From: Bacteroidales bacterium
Lineage (GTDB): Bacteria > Bacteroidota > Bacteroidia > Bacteroidales > P3
Direction of reading: 5' to 3'
Assembly: GCA_017962665.1 (NCBI GenBank)
Contig: JAGCUU010000001.1
Coordinates: forward strand, 245-64,244
Length of the DNA stretch: 64,000 nucleotides
In this document: piece by piece, positions 58,401 through 64,000 of the stretch
Layout of the letters: the number at the start of each line of letters is the position of its first letter
How positions within the stretch are numbered: position 1 is the first letter of the stretch
Notes under the pieces: generated by a model
Database searches by the model: none
The model's input: only the letters and a program-made list of their open reading frames with translations
What the model was told of the DNA's origin: nothing
Made by a program: the position numbers and the translations under genes

Positions 58401-61312
58401 GTTCCACCGCCGAAAGTTGCAGCAGCGATACCGCTACGTGTCGGTGCTGTCATTCTGATAGAGTTGTAAAGAATCTTGGAATAATTTGCCGTAATGATAT
58501 TAAGGGGTGTCGTAAGCATATTCGACGTACCGTCGTCGGCGCAAACCAGCATATTGTTAGCCACCACAGCATAACCGGCGGGAGAGCCAAAGAAATTGGT
58601 CGCACCGATACAAGAGGCGCCCGAAGTCACATAGACTGTGTTGCGGGTAACCTTTGTCGCCCCGTCGCAGTCCTGCAGCAAGATAGCATAACTTGAATTG
58701 GCATATATTCCATTGCAGGTATTGCTGTCGATGACAGCGTTGACCTGGTTACGAACGATGATTCCGTTAACGCCTTGGTTTTGGAATGAACATCCATGCA
58801 CCGTGCTTCCGTGAGCCATATTGTCCTGTGCAGGGCCCACGAGACTTATACCCGCAGTACCACGATTGAAGCTACAGTTGCGAACCACCATGGAGTCTGC
58901 GCCGCCGGAGTACAGCAATGCAGATGCAGCCATAAACGAGGCTGCCATGTTTCCGTCTGGTGTCTCAGAGAAGGTACATTCGTCAAACTGACATCCCGTA
59001 CTGGAGGTACCCATACGGACCAAATAGGTGGCACGATTCGTTGAACTAGATGACTGGAAAGAGATTTTCTTGAACCTAATATGGTGGGCTCTTTGGAGAT
59101 TAACCAACGAATTAACCATAGCCGTATCATGCATGCTCGACACGAACACCACCGTATTCGCGTTGCCCGACAGAGGTTCGAACTGCACATAGTTGCTTGC
59201 CGATGCTCCAGGTATCGTTGGGAACGTGTGAGGCATGTAAAATCCGTTTGCCAGCTTCACAGTCAATGGTCCGTTGACACCGCACTGACTCAGGGCATAA
59301 AGCAGTTTCTCCAACGACTGGTAGTCTGGAGTGGATCCTCCGACGGTGCGGATGCCGCTCATGGGACCGTCACAGCTGATGAAGCGGGTCCAGAGGGTAT
59401 CGTTCAGCGGTTCGTGGTCACGATACAGAGAACCTGCTGACAATACAGAGTCGTCTACCCATGCCAGCATCTCGTGGTAGCCAGCAGGATAAGTCTGGGT
59501 GGTGCTTATCGTCACGTCGGTCGTCGCGCCTCCTGCAAGGTTGCCTGTCCAGTCGTAATACTGATGAGCGCCGTTGTCAACGCTGAAATAGATTCGGACG
59601 GAATTGATAGGCAGTGCACCAAAGTTTTTCAAGGTAACCACGACATTGTTCGTTCCCACAGCGTTGGCGGACGTGGAGTCGTTGGGAGTCACATACCCGC
59701 TGATACCGCAGTCATAGAGCAGCGGCACATTCTTGTTAACACGCAACGAAAAGTTAGGACGCTCCCTATACGGGGGATCAGGCTGACTCTGAAAATACGG
59801 AGAGGTAAACGGATCCATTCCATACGAAGCGTTGTAGGCCACATGCAAAGAACCTGTCGAGTTGCTTCCTGTGGCAGCATTGAAAGTCCTTACTGATACA
59901 GCCGAAGGATCGGAAGAGACATTGTCAGAAATCATCGTGATACGAAGACCCTTTCCTGCATAGAAGAAAGTATCCTGAAGGTTGATTGTTCCATAAGTGT
60001 TGGCATTTTGTGTGATGACCAGCGACGAGTCATAAACCTGTTTTTGGAATCCCGTATAAAAATCGTTAGTGCTGCTGAAAGCAAAATCGGTAGGCACATT
60101 ACTCATCTTCACGACAAAACGGTTACGTGTCGAGTTCACCACGCCATTTGCCACCGGGAAACGGATTTGTGTAATGGCGCCAGGTCCAAACACATTGGTC
60201 ATTTCTGCACTGTCATACACAATCTCACATTTCATATCTCCCATGTTCGGGAAAGGCAGATTGAGATTGCCACTGGTAACAATATCCGACATAGGAGCAT
60301 AGAGTTCTCTACCACGTATACTTTTGTATGTCATCCATGCAGAGGCGTCTGACGGGAAGTTAGTCTGGTTATGGTTTATAGTATTATCCTTTGCAACAAT
60401 ATGCCATTTGACAATAGTGTCATATCCGCAGAAAGGCAAATATGTTTCCCAACGGTTGGAGCTGCCCGTCATTGGAGTCATGGTCTTACGTAGAATTGGA
60501 GTATTGGTTCCCAGCTGGTATTCCACATACACCGAGTCGTTGCAGATACCCTGTGTCAGAGGGGTAGTCACCTCGGTAGCGAGATGGGTTCCACGGCTAT
60601 TGGGGTAGTTGACCAGATCGGGATAGTCAACCATCGTCATTACAGGCAACAGCATCGAGTTAGGGCTGCACTGGACTTTGATATTGTCAAGGTACCAGCC
60701 TTGGTTCGAAGCGCCCGCGGAGGTCCTTGGACGCAGACGAAAACGAATCATCAGTTTACGGTCGGACAATGGGATAGACTGCAACTGCAGCTGAAGTTTA
60801 AAACGTTCGCGTTTCCACCATGTGTTGTTGGTGGAGGGACCCATCCATGTCGAATACGAGCGTTTCGAGAACGAGGAGTTGCTGATATAGTCCGTGCTAC
60901 CGCCACCCCATGTGATGTCATAGTAGTCGGTACCGTTAAGCGGGACCCAGTCAGGACTACCCACTCTGCGAACCTCCACCTTTGCCACGTCGTTAACAGC
61001 AGCAGCAGTGAACGGGTCTACATCGCAGATGTGCATAAATTCCAGATAGAAAAACTGGAACTGGCCATTGTCAGTAAAGTCAATGGTGTCGAGCAGCACA
61101 ATCACCTCTTGCGAAGAATGTTGCAATTTCAAAGCCCTGTCACCTGACGAAGAGAGCGATGTCACCACCGATGCGGAGCCTTGCACAATTGTGTAGCTCG
61201 AAGTTTCGCCTGTCGTTTCAAAACCCTGTTGGTACTTTGTCACTATCTGACCATTGGCACTAAAGGCCATAATCAGAGAAATCAGTCCCAATAGCAATAA
61301 ACGTTTTTTCAT
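49412..61312 (-). CDS. Giant (3,966 aa) T9SS-sorted mosaic surface/secreted protein
   Basis: Uninterrupted 11,901-nt ORF with signal peptide MKKRLLLLGLISLIMAFSANGQ. It has about 12 CARDB-like modules (..xNxG.. strands), two parallel beta-helix modules, LTD-like and GEVED-like segments, and a type-A T9SS CTD at the C-terminus. Confidence 0.85.
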   Translation of the reverse strand: MKKRLLLLGLISLIMAFSANGQIVTKYQQGFETTGETSSYTIVQGSASVVTSLSSSGDRALKLQHSSQEVIVLLDTIDFTDNGQFQFFYLEFMHICDVDPFTAAAVNDVAKVEVRRVGSPDWVPLNGTDYYDITWGGGSTDYISNSSFSKRSYSTWMGPSTNNTWWKRERFKLQLQLQSIPLSDRKLMIRFRLRPRTSAGASNQGWYLDNIKVQCSPNSMLLPVMTMVDYPDLVNYPNSRGTHLATEVTTPLTQGICNDSVYVEYQLGTNTPILRKTMTPMTGSSNRWETYLPFCGYDTIVKWHIVAKDNTINHNQTNFPSDASAWMTYKSIRGRELYAPMSDIVTSGNLNLPFPNMGDMKCEIVYDSAEMTNVFGPGAITQIRFPVANGVVNSTRNRFVVKMSNVPTDFAFSSTNDFYTGFQKQVYDSSLVITQNANTYGTINLQDTFFYAGKGLRITMISDNVSSDPSAVSVRTFNAATGSNSTGSLHVAYNASYGMDPFTSPYFQSQPDPPYRERPNFSLRVNKNVPLLYDCGISGYVTPNDSTSANAVGTNNVVVTLKNFGALPINSVRIYFSVDNGAHQYYDWTGNLAGGATTDVTISTTQTYPAGYHEMLAWVDDSVLSAGSLYRDHEPLNDTLWTRFISCDGPMSGIRTVGGSTPDYQSLEKLLYALSQCGVNGPLTVKLANGFYMPHTFPTIPGASASNYVQFEPLSGNANTVVFVSSMHDTAMVNSLVNLQRAHHIRFKKISFQSSSSTNRATYLVRMGTSSTGCQFDECTFSETPDGNMAASFMAASALLYSGGADSMVVRNCSFNRGTAGISLVGPAQDNMAHGSTVHGCSFQNQGVNGIIVRNQVNAVIDSNTCNGIYANSSYAILLQDCDGATKVTRNTVYVTSGASCIGATNFFGSPAGYAVVANNMLVCADDGTSNMLTTPLNIITANYSKILYNSIRMTAPTRSGIAAATFGGGTLENSYFYNNIVACFDTVNFAFNYIPTENATNYIGYNIYYSQSPLLNKYDGINCYTFANWQSHCSMDGNSQNVNPAFLVSTPTDLRSYSQNVKEHGVPFVEVTDDMFGTTRNATAPCVGAFEFSALPYDFEILEFLEPYDEYCEAPSAAPLRVVIKNSGINAYDPSTATTTVQLTYSRTNTPGTMAPGVSGNIVINRVIPPTDTIILNTSATIPFPANGLEDTTYKFYAWLTSTIDPNPANDTSMMTVTAHYHAPAPNNVSVNSNYGDSATVTVSGGLQTWYSNVYTNSTSHQSEVYWYTSATSDSAIWRGNTFTTGNLYTDTTLYVRQKRDFPLVKITEVQLKQNAPGVTYPMPLWMNASTTLAVELTNIGDYPANLLNDTIMLVSNTSSLNNKIYKFPNVTIQPGKTLVLQYRAGINNVDSTKTIATATVNPNQTANLGIIYRSKGIIRDAVALNEVTTQTNWTNKNVPSTVWYGPGISLPDSIPTAGVYRTAWPAPNASYSNTASRWQRSDDNNKMTMGTTNSNLVRFHDNGCLGDVATVSIHLINLPNVDMVVENLDLTDGCGMGVTPITVDVHNRGAQPSGQVVLNYRVTGYPQYTGQAIALQTCSDTLVTGLSANSSIQHTFSIAPDFTVASASVDFDVLVWVEKVSADNTTFNDTIRQSLTSLYMPGVPNVQAYDTVMYDSYAVLHSITAPTDSLKWYDRFMNVLDTCNVYTTSNLYVDDTFYVSGLGARINPLHVGNMAALTTASAYPSPYNPKKKYVKEQYLYLASELIDAGHSAGPIQTVAFYLDTILAPSGTMSFTNYTISIGTTSQTTFTANNGWLPVTNYYSVGTLTLSNTSKGWITHNLTNAFHWNGTDNIVVQITRTINPAISQGARTRYTNGGANKVIFKNDDNTDLVNFTASGSRSANRPDVRFGFVDFGCEGPTTPVYITVIGTPDADASISWTAADTSAVNSCDSTNININLRNMGVQPISGYTVDYWIDNSHGVYSSGPNIAPQTDVDLTIVKHLFTPGRHVLRMAVTLAGDTVQSNDTISKMINVRFCAGNYTIGSTGLYTSFNAAIDTLVNAGVDGAVVFNVQNGVYNEQVTLGSIDGVSATNTVTFVGNTQSPSSVVLRYAPVNAANYVINIDGAHFIGFEGITFLGRGTGNYSNVITISNSSQINFKNDVIRVKGGLNNTNASCLLVGDGVHALRIESSVLDSGYYSVKSIVTAAGLSDGVYIVGDTIRNYMVTGVHLRKIDDIYIYNNHIATGANTNRALTGVFVAEHNGPVTVERNNIVLGDNYSGAKVGVKLVNVVGANATRSLVSNNMCAISGKNSNSSAGIWIDSSTWINVFYNSCRLEYPMATNTGQSSAAMHVGSSSEISLMNNIFSHDGSGFALFVQQAANIANSNYNDYYTRRAENAIALWGGEECLGLDGLRQINHMDNNSLNLKPYFVSGADLHLTIGNLCEKAQYNTMVPLDLDGYIRPQIPNPCIGAHEFVRKNHNVAIVEIYEPTLETDNIESDTLWIRVKLINDGTSTESNLRWWAYLSSDPQLTTTQHIVDELLPQDTVVDVNYIVMPIGVIDTQTLVVMFPMSNDSVPENNILESVFFLDPAYNFRAKQVIIHDESGCRLQNTPVSVMLTNVGRKTFLTGTPVPVGFQAVLNTAGVTVSTLPTTFTETINLPVDVEPNADVTLDFVQTANLYPTGNDKDITVRARAWSTFPYDQKPLNDTTTYVTHSSYYTPKSPIGVDLHIPYATWDTIHASQTDTPPTGSVIHRPILWFRDSTDAPYFTSTNYQRSTWWETPQYFHDSTYYLCCVSTHGNNVQSACTSYFSAVHVNLNARVPVDMAVLDVVEPVGTRVYMTNDSVKVALINYGTQAMTNIPVVYELYNSNNVLLQHVEENCTATIQPDSVYVFRFDSLLSIPSWSATQSYRLRTWTDLPNENVRLNDTLRDLIHFYAAPDNVYPVCQIDNKQGLDITRVSFSSLDNQVCAAGQNYINFVNSSLQIGAINNPQTLAEPLPDYGGNTFNQQLGELRALHLIKGTVDTMTVEVMSSDKSFDNTTSGWLSIWIDADRDGSFRYAPYTVYTSPDDSVLFDSYPATEVIYQDTIISGMPKKFVFTLPSDIRTGYMRMRVVVDQGATKVKDPTTSFQFGQMQDYLLYIEDRPTDVDLAASRIVSPREQHIGGHTGYTSDSSVVVTFMMSNKGAETIHAATIDYLFSNVNAAPDQGVLQWTGDLDAGQSVAVDLPARVFAVGLTNVEIVVNTLGDTNNLNDTLLYQYYRAPVKTLVYSDDFEDRNEWFIPRGYSPFTQNLWQRGVTNKPNIMACVSDSCVMGTNLNGFVNVYTTGNVSYAYTPIINISIIRPDTLDLWVARDMAEGHLARIEFYDYMGRWSVVGTANDSMWYNNGTAWDSISPGYGYSKCRFPLSKISGDFQQRLQFRMVYKVEPESNPCDGVVIDNFKIGRQRRNLDVGVIAITYPTAPKFGQIINPKVIIKNYGLDTLYSIQVAYLPYGVNLARTGTYTSTTGLKPGESDIYEFETPFVVKNDFPDTFQICSYTIMNMDMYADNDSVCGEFYLSPLDNDVSMVSFMSPLQRTIAGDSIVVTTRIRNYGQAPVSSANVTYIYNGTYTVTETVDFNALLGHDLQSFEYINYSFRHKFRASMGIMDLMAYIKMEGDDYPFNDTIAMKVEGLSAITDIRARAVVVDTSTFNMAKIQVIVDNVGARAVNDFKIGYYYYNDTSTLVDTVWHGTTPLPALSSLYYEFPEGHVWHPEYFKYVTAFVTADEDNDRTNDTTSTIVEQYVDYCAIKVLVEENRYDSCNVRLEFENMGNVVTNGNQEFKLVGVINGCNIKAKNIFQSFAPGVRYYVDFPTKIPKSPTRTYTGSVTIDKSDYDNSNNQTTNIEVVNYLNIPYANASSGMALQQNYPNPFDNSTRIEFFLPTAGDVRFFVMDELGRLVHQRVESFGSGDHSINFNSGDLSTGVYYYGIEKDGERLMRRMVIKR
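49415..49666 (-). other. T9SS type-A C-terminal sorting domain of the giant protein (aa 3883-3966)
   Basis: LQQNYPNPFDNSTRIEFFLPTAGDVRFFVMDELGRLV...LSTGVYYYGIEKDGERLMRRMVIKR. Confidence 0.8.
51935..52540 (-). other. GEVED-like domain (aa ~2925-3126)
   Basis: WLSIWIDADRDGSF, YMRMRVVV and the terminal FGQMQDYLLYI resemble the GEVED family C-terminal G-E-V-E-D-Y motif in degenerate form. Confidence 0.4.
54203..55015 (-). other. Right-handed parallel beta-helix repeat module 2 (aa ~2100-2370)
   Basis: Units such as FKNDVIRVKGG, IESSVLDSGYYSV, VGDTIRNYMVTGVHL, IYNNHIATGAN, VERNNIVLGDN, VSNNMCAISG and FYNSCRLEY. Confidence 0.6.
57038..57406 (-). other. Lamin-tail-domain (LTD)-like module (aa ~1303-1425)
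   Basis: VKITEV...AVELTNIGDYPANLLNDTIML...YKFPNVTIQPGKTLVL fits the LTD pattern (I.E....vEL.N.g...v.L.g..l....y.fp...l.pg..v.v). Confidence 0.45.
58313..59110 (-). other. Right-handed parallel beta-helix repeat module 1 (aa ~735-1000)
   Basis: Periodic ~22-25-aa units rich in N/G/V-x-I, e.g. VRNCSFNRGTAGISLVG, VHGCSFQNQGVNGIIV, IDSNTCNGIYANS, VTRNTVYVTSG. Confidence 0.6.
61247..61312 (-). other. Signal peptide of the giant protein (aa 1-22)
   Basis: A KKR n-region, a hydrophobic core, and an A-x-G/Q-type cleavage context. Confidence 0.7.
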
Positions 61313-61402
61313 ATTATAATATTTATATTTTTCTAACTGTCAATTATATACACGCCCAAAAACACCCCATAAAAGGGTTTTATGAGCGACAAAAAGATTT
61401 TA

Positions 61403-61410
61403 CAAATGTA
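61403..61410 (-). promoter_or_regulatory. -7 promoter box (TACATTTG on the minus strand) for the giant gene
   Basis: Plus-strand CAAATGTA 91 nt upstream of the ATG at 61312. Confidence 0.45.
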
Positions 61411-61627
61411 CGCAAAAAGTTACAAATAGCACTACTTTTTAATTTTTTTATATAAAATAAGTGTTTCTACGATACACTATAATTTATTTTTCAAGCATTT
61501 AAAAATTAACAAAAACTCTTTACACGAAACAATGGCAACATCACATATTATAGTGTCGTTTTGGGCACTGAAAAGTCGGCAAAAACAAGTTAAAAAATCA
61601 TAATATCCATGATTCGTTTTTTTTTAG

Positions 61628-61635
61628 TATTTTTG
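61628..61635 (+). promoter_or_regulatory. -7 promoter box (TATTTTTG) for ruvB
   Basis: Exact TAnnTTTG match 20 nt upstream of the ATG. Confidence 0.5.
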
Positions 61636-61654
61636 CAAACTCAAACAAACAATA

Positions 61655-62686
61655 ATGAACGATAATTTAGACGCTACAGGCAACAGCCAAAGCACACGGG
61701 AGAGAGAGGTTGAACGCGCCTTGCGTCCCAAAGCCTTCGACAGTTTCGCGGGACAGCAGCAGGTACTTGACAATCTGCGCATTTATGTTCAGGCGGCAAA
61801 GGCACGCGGTGAATCGCTGGACCATGTGCTGTTGCACGGTCCTCCGGGCTTGGGAAAGACCACCCTTTCGCACATCATCGCCAACGAGTTGGGCGTAAAC
61901 CTGAAAATGACTTCCGGACCTGTGCTCGACAAACCTGGGGATCTGGCCGGACTGCTCACCTCGCTCGGACAAAACGACGTACTGTTTATCGACGAGATAC
62001 ACCGACTGTCGCCGATAGTGGAGGAATACCTCTACTCCGCCATGGAGGACTACCGCATCGACATCATGATAGAATCAGGTCCGGCGGCAAGGAGTGTACA
62101 GCTGAGCCTCAAACCATTCACCCTTGTCGGAGCCACCACACGCTCGGGAATGCTTACGGCACCTCTACGTGCACGCTTCGGCATCACCTGTCGGCTCCAG
62201 TACTACGACGCACCTACACTGACCAGCATCATCAACCGTTCCGCTTCACTCCTTAACGTAAAAATCACCAGCGAGTCAGCAATGGAGATAGCACGCCGAA
62301 GCCGTGGCACCCCGCGTATAGCCAACCTGCTTCTGCGCCGTGTGCGGGATTTTGCCCAGGTCAAAGGCGACGGTACAATAACACTCGATATCGCCCGCTA
62401 TGCACTGCAGGCTCTCAATGTAGACCGTAACGGTTTGGACGAGATGGACATCCGCATACTGTCGACAATAATAGAAAAATTCAAAGGCGGTCCTGTGGGA
62501 CTTGGAACCATTGCCACAGCAGTAGGCGAAGAGGCTGGGACAATAGAGGAGGTCTACGAACCATACCTTATTCAGGAAGGCTATATAATGCGTACCCCTC
62601 GCGGCCGCGAGGTCACCCAACTCGCCTACCAGCACCTGGGGAAGTTCCGCACCGGCGGCCCCCAAGGAGAACTATTCGAAAACTAA
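61655..62686 (+). CDS. ruvB: Holliday junction branch migration helicase RuvB
   Basis: LRPK.F..F.GQ, Walker [10 protein letters not shown], and FIDEIHRL. Confidence 0.95.
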   Translation: MNDNLDATGNSQSTREREVERALRPKAFDSFAGQQQVLDNLRIYVQAAKARGESLDHVLLHGPPGLGKTTLSHIIANELGVNLKMTSGPVLDKPGDLAGLLTSLGQNDVLFIDEIHRLSPIVEEYLYSAMEDYRIDIMIESGPAARSVQLSLKPFTLVGATTRSGMLTAPLRARFGITCRLQYYDAPTLTSIINRSASLLNVKITSESAMEIARRSRGTPRIANLLLRRVRDFAQVKGDGTITLDIARYALQALNVDRNGLDEMDIRILSTIIEKFKGGPVGLGTIATAVGEEAGTIEEVYEPYLIQEGYIMRTPRGREVTQLAYQHLGKFRTGGPQGELFEN

Positions 62687-62701
62687 ACCACGACGTAAAA
62701 A

Positions 62702-63937
62702 ATGAGAACACTTGTCAAAAACATAAAAGAGCTGGTACAGGTTGAATACCAGACACGGCTACGCGTCTGCGGCAAGGAGATGTCACAGATGCAGACGATA
62801 AAAGAGGCATATCTTATTGTTGAGGACGGAAAAATATCCGACTTCGGACCAATGTCTGAATTGAAGGAACAGACCTTCGACAAAGAGTATGACGCCACAG
62901 GGCGCATGGTATTCCCTACTTTCTGCGACTCGCATACGCATCTGGTCTATGCCAACTCGCGCGAGTTGGAGTTTGTCGACAAAATTCGCGGCCTCAGCTA
63001 CGAGGAGATTGCAAAACGCGGTGGCGGCATCCTCAACTCTGCCAAAGCAACAGCGGCGGCCTCGGAAGATGAGCTGTACGATATGGCCTGGCAGCGTCTC
63101 GAAGATGTTATGCATCTGGGAACTGGTGCTATCGAGGTCAAGAGCGGATACGGCTTGACTACCGAGAGCGAATTGAAGCTCCTGCGCGTGATCCGTCGCC
63201 TAAAAGAGAACTCGCCACTGACCATCAAGTCCAACTTCCTTGGAGCCCATGGCATCCCGATGGAATACCGCGGCCATCAGGAAGACTATGTCGATCTGGT
63301 CATCAATGAGATGATTCCTTTGGTTGCGGCTGAGGGTTTGGCAGATTTCATCGATGTGTTCTGCGACCAGGGGTTCTTCACCGTCAAGGACACCGAGCGT
63401 ATCCTTGAGGCAGGTATAAAAAATGGTATGCGACCTAAAATCCACGCCAACGAGATGGCTGTCTCCGGAGGTGTACAAGTAGGCGTGAAGTACGGTGCCA
63501 TCTCCGTCGACCACCTTGAACAGATGGGTGATGCTGAGATTGAGTGCCTGAAAGATACCGAGACGATGCCCACCATCCTTCCCGGCTGCGCTTTCTTCCT
63601 CAACCTGCCCCTCTCCCCTGCCCGCAAGATGATTGACGCAGGCCTGCCTGTGGCAATGGCATCCGATTACAATCCCGGCACCTCGCCTTCGAACAATATG
63701 CAACTCATCCTCTCAATGGCCTGTATCAGGTATCGTCTCACTCCTGAAGAGGCTTTCAACGCCACTACCATCAACACGGCCTACGCTATGGGAGTAAGCG
63801 ACATTTTAGGAAGTATCGCCGTAGGCAAGACTGCCAACTTCTACATCACCAAACCCATCTCCTCATACGAATACATGCCTTACGCATACGGAGAAAACAA
63901 AGTGGAGTCGGTATTCATAAAAGGACGCAGAATATGA
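62702..63937 (+). CDS. hutI: Imidazolonepropionase
   Basis: FCDSHTHLVYA metal-site block, EVKSGYGL, HANE and ASDYNPG. Confidence 0.85.
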   Translation: MRTLVKNIKELVQVEYQTRLRVCGKEMSQMQTIKEAYLIVEDGKISDFGPMSELKEQTFDKEYDATGRMVFPTFCDSHTHLVYANSRELEFVDKIRGLSYEEIAKRGGGILNSAKATAAASEDELYDMAWQRLEDVMHLGTGAIEVKSGYGLTTESELKLLRVIRRLKENSPLTIKSNFLGAHGIPMEYRGHQEDYVDLVINEMIPLVAAEGLADFIDVFCDQGFFTVKDTERILEAGIKNGMRPKIHANEMAVSGGVQVGVKYGAISVDHLEQMGDAEIECLKDTETMPTILPGCAFFLNLPLSPARKMIDAGLPVAMASDYNPGTSPSNNMQLILSMACIRYRLTPEEAFNATTINTAYAMGVSDILGSIAVGKTANFYITKPISSYEYMPYAYGENKVESVFIKGRRI

Positions 63938-64000
63938 TAAAAGTCGAACATCTGTTCAAATCCTACGGCTCACTGCAGGTATTGAAAGACGTATGTCTGG
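63934..64000 (+). CDS. ABC transporter ATP-binding protein, N-terminal fragment (continues past the window edge)
   Basis: MIKVEHLFKSYGSLQVLKDV is a typical ABC ATPase N-terminus. ATGA overlap with the hutI stop. Confidence 0.6.
   Translation, partial: MIKVEHLFKSYGSLQVLKDVCL

Noticed and set aside
49547-61147. Many 60-198-aa plus-strand ORFs inside the giant gene
   Set aside because: All are antisense shadows of the uninterrupted 11.9-kb ORF. None has a promoter box, a signal sequence or a motif.
61474-61556. 10-bp perfect inverted repeat ACACTATAAT / ATTATAGTGT (63-bp spacer) upstream of the giant gene, considered as an invertible phase-variation promoter
   Set aside because: The spacer contains no TAnnTTTG box on either strand. 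The best -7 box (61403-61410) lies outside the repeat, no recombinase gene is in the window, and the arms are short. At most it is a possible operator.
1-64000. Search for CRISPR arrays, tRNA/rRNA genes, transposases, integrases, prophage or classical defence-system genes
   Set aside because: Every spacer longer than 150 bp was read on both strands. No direct-repeat/spacer arrays, no tRNA-like T-arm/acceptor patterns, and no recombinase or phage-like ORFs were seen. Small structured RNAs cannot be excluded without covariance-model searches.

Overview
The window looks like a Bacteroidales-type (Bacteroidota) chromosomal segment. Evidence: many TAnnTTTG -7 promoter boxes about 20-100 nt upstream of genes, no obvious Shine-Dalgarno usage, a long-tailed S16, and a complete type IX secretion (T9SS) core operon. 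I call about 50 CDS and find no rRNA, tRNA, CRISPR array, transposase or integrase.

Most genes are housekeeping:
- DNA, RNA and translation: mutS2, ribF, rpsP, rimM, miaB, rluD, tilS, ruvB.
- Metabolism and transport: rocD, hutI, nhaC, bcp, two GH29 fucosidases.
- Envelope cluster: rlpA, kdsC, ldcA.

Regions worth a second look:
1. An uninterrupted 11.9-kb ORF (49412-61312, minus strand) encodes a 3,966-aa T9SS-sorted mosaic protein. It carries a duplicated ~440-aa beta-helix module and sits 4 nt upstream of tilS.
2. The porP-porK-porL-porM-porN operon is extended by a second, diverged PorN paralogue and a small beta-barrel gene.
3. A visibly A+T-rich three-gene island (1015-2925) includes an exported protein made of ten DnaJ-type CxxCxGxG repeats.
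4. A ~190-bp MITE-like structured repeat (6132-6345) has an 11-bp flanking direct repeat, and its TTAAC motifs fall about one helical turn apart.
5. A DRTGG / GHKL-ATPase / [FeFe]-hydrogenase-like three-gene module looks sensory rather than catalytic.

I cannot show that any of these is a genuinely new system. All family names come from motif recognition by eye, with no HMM, BLAST or structure search, and several start codons are uncertain. I flag those cases in the feature evidence.
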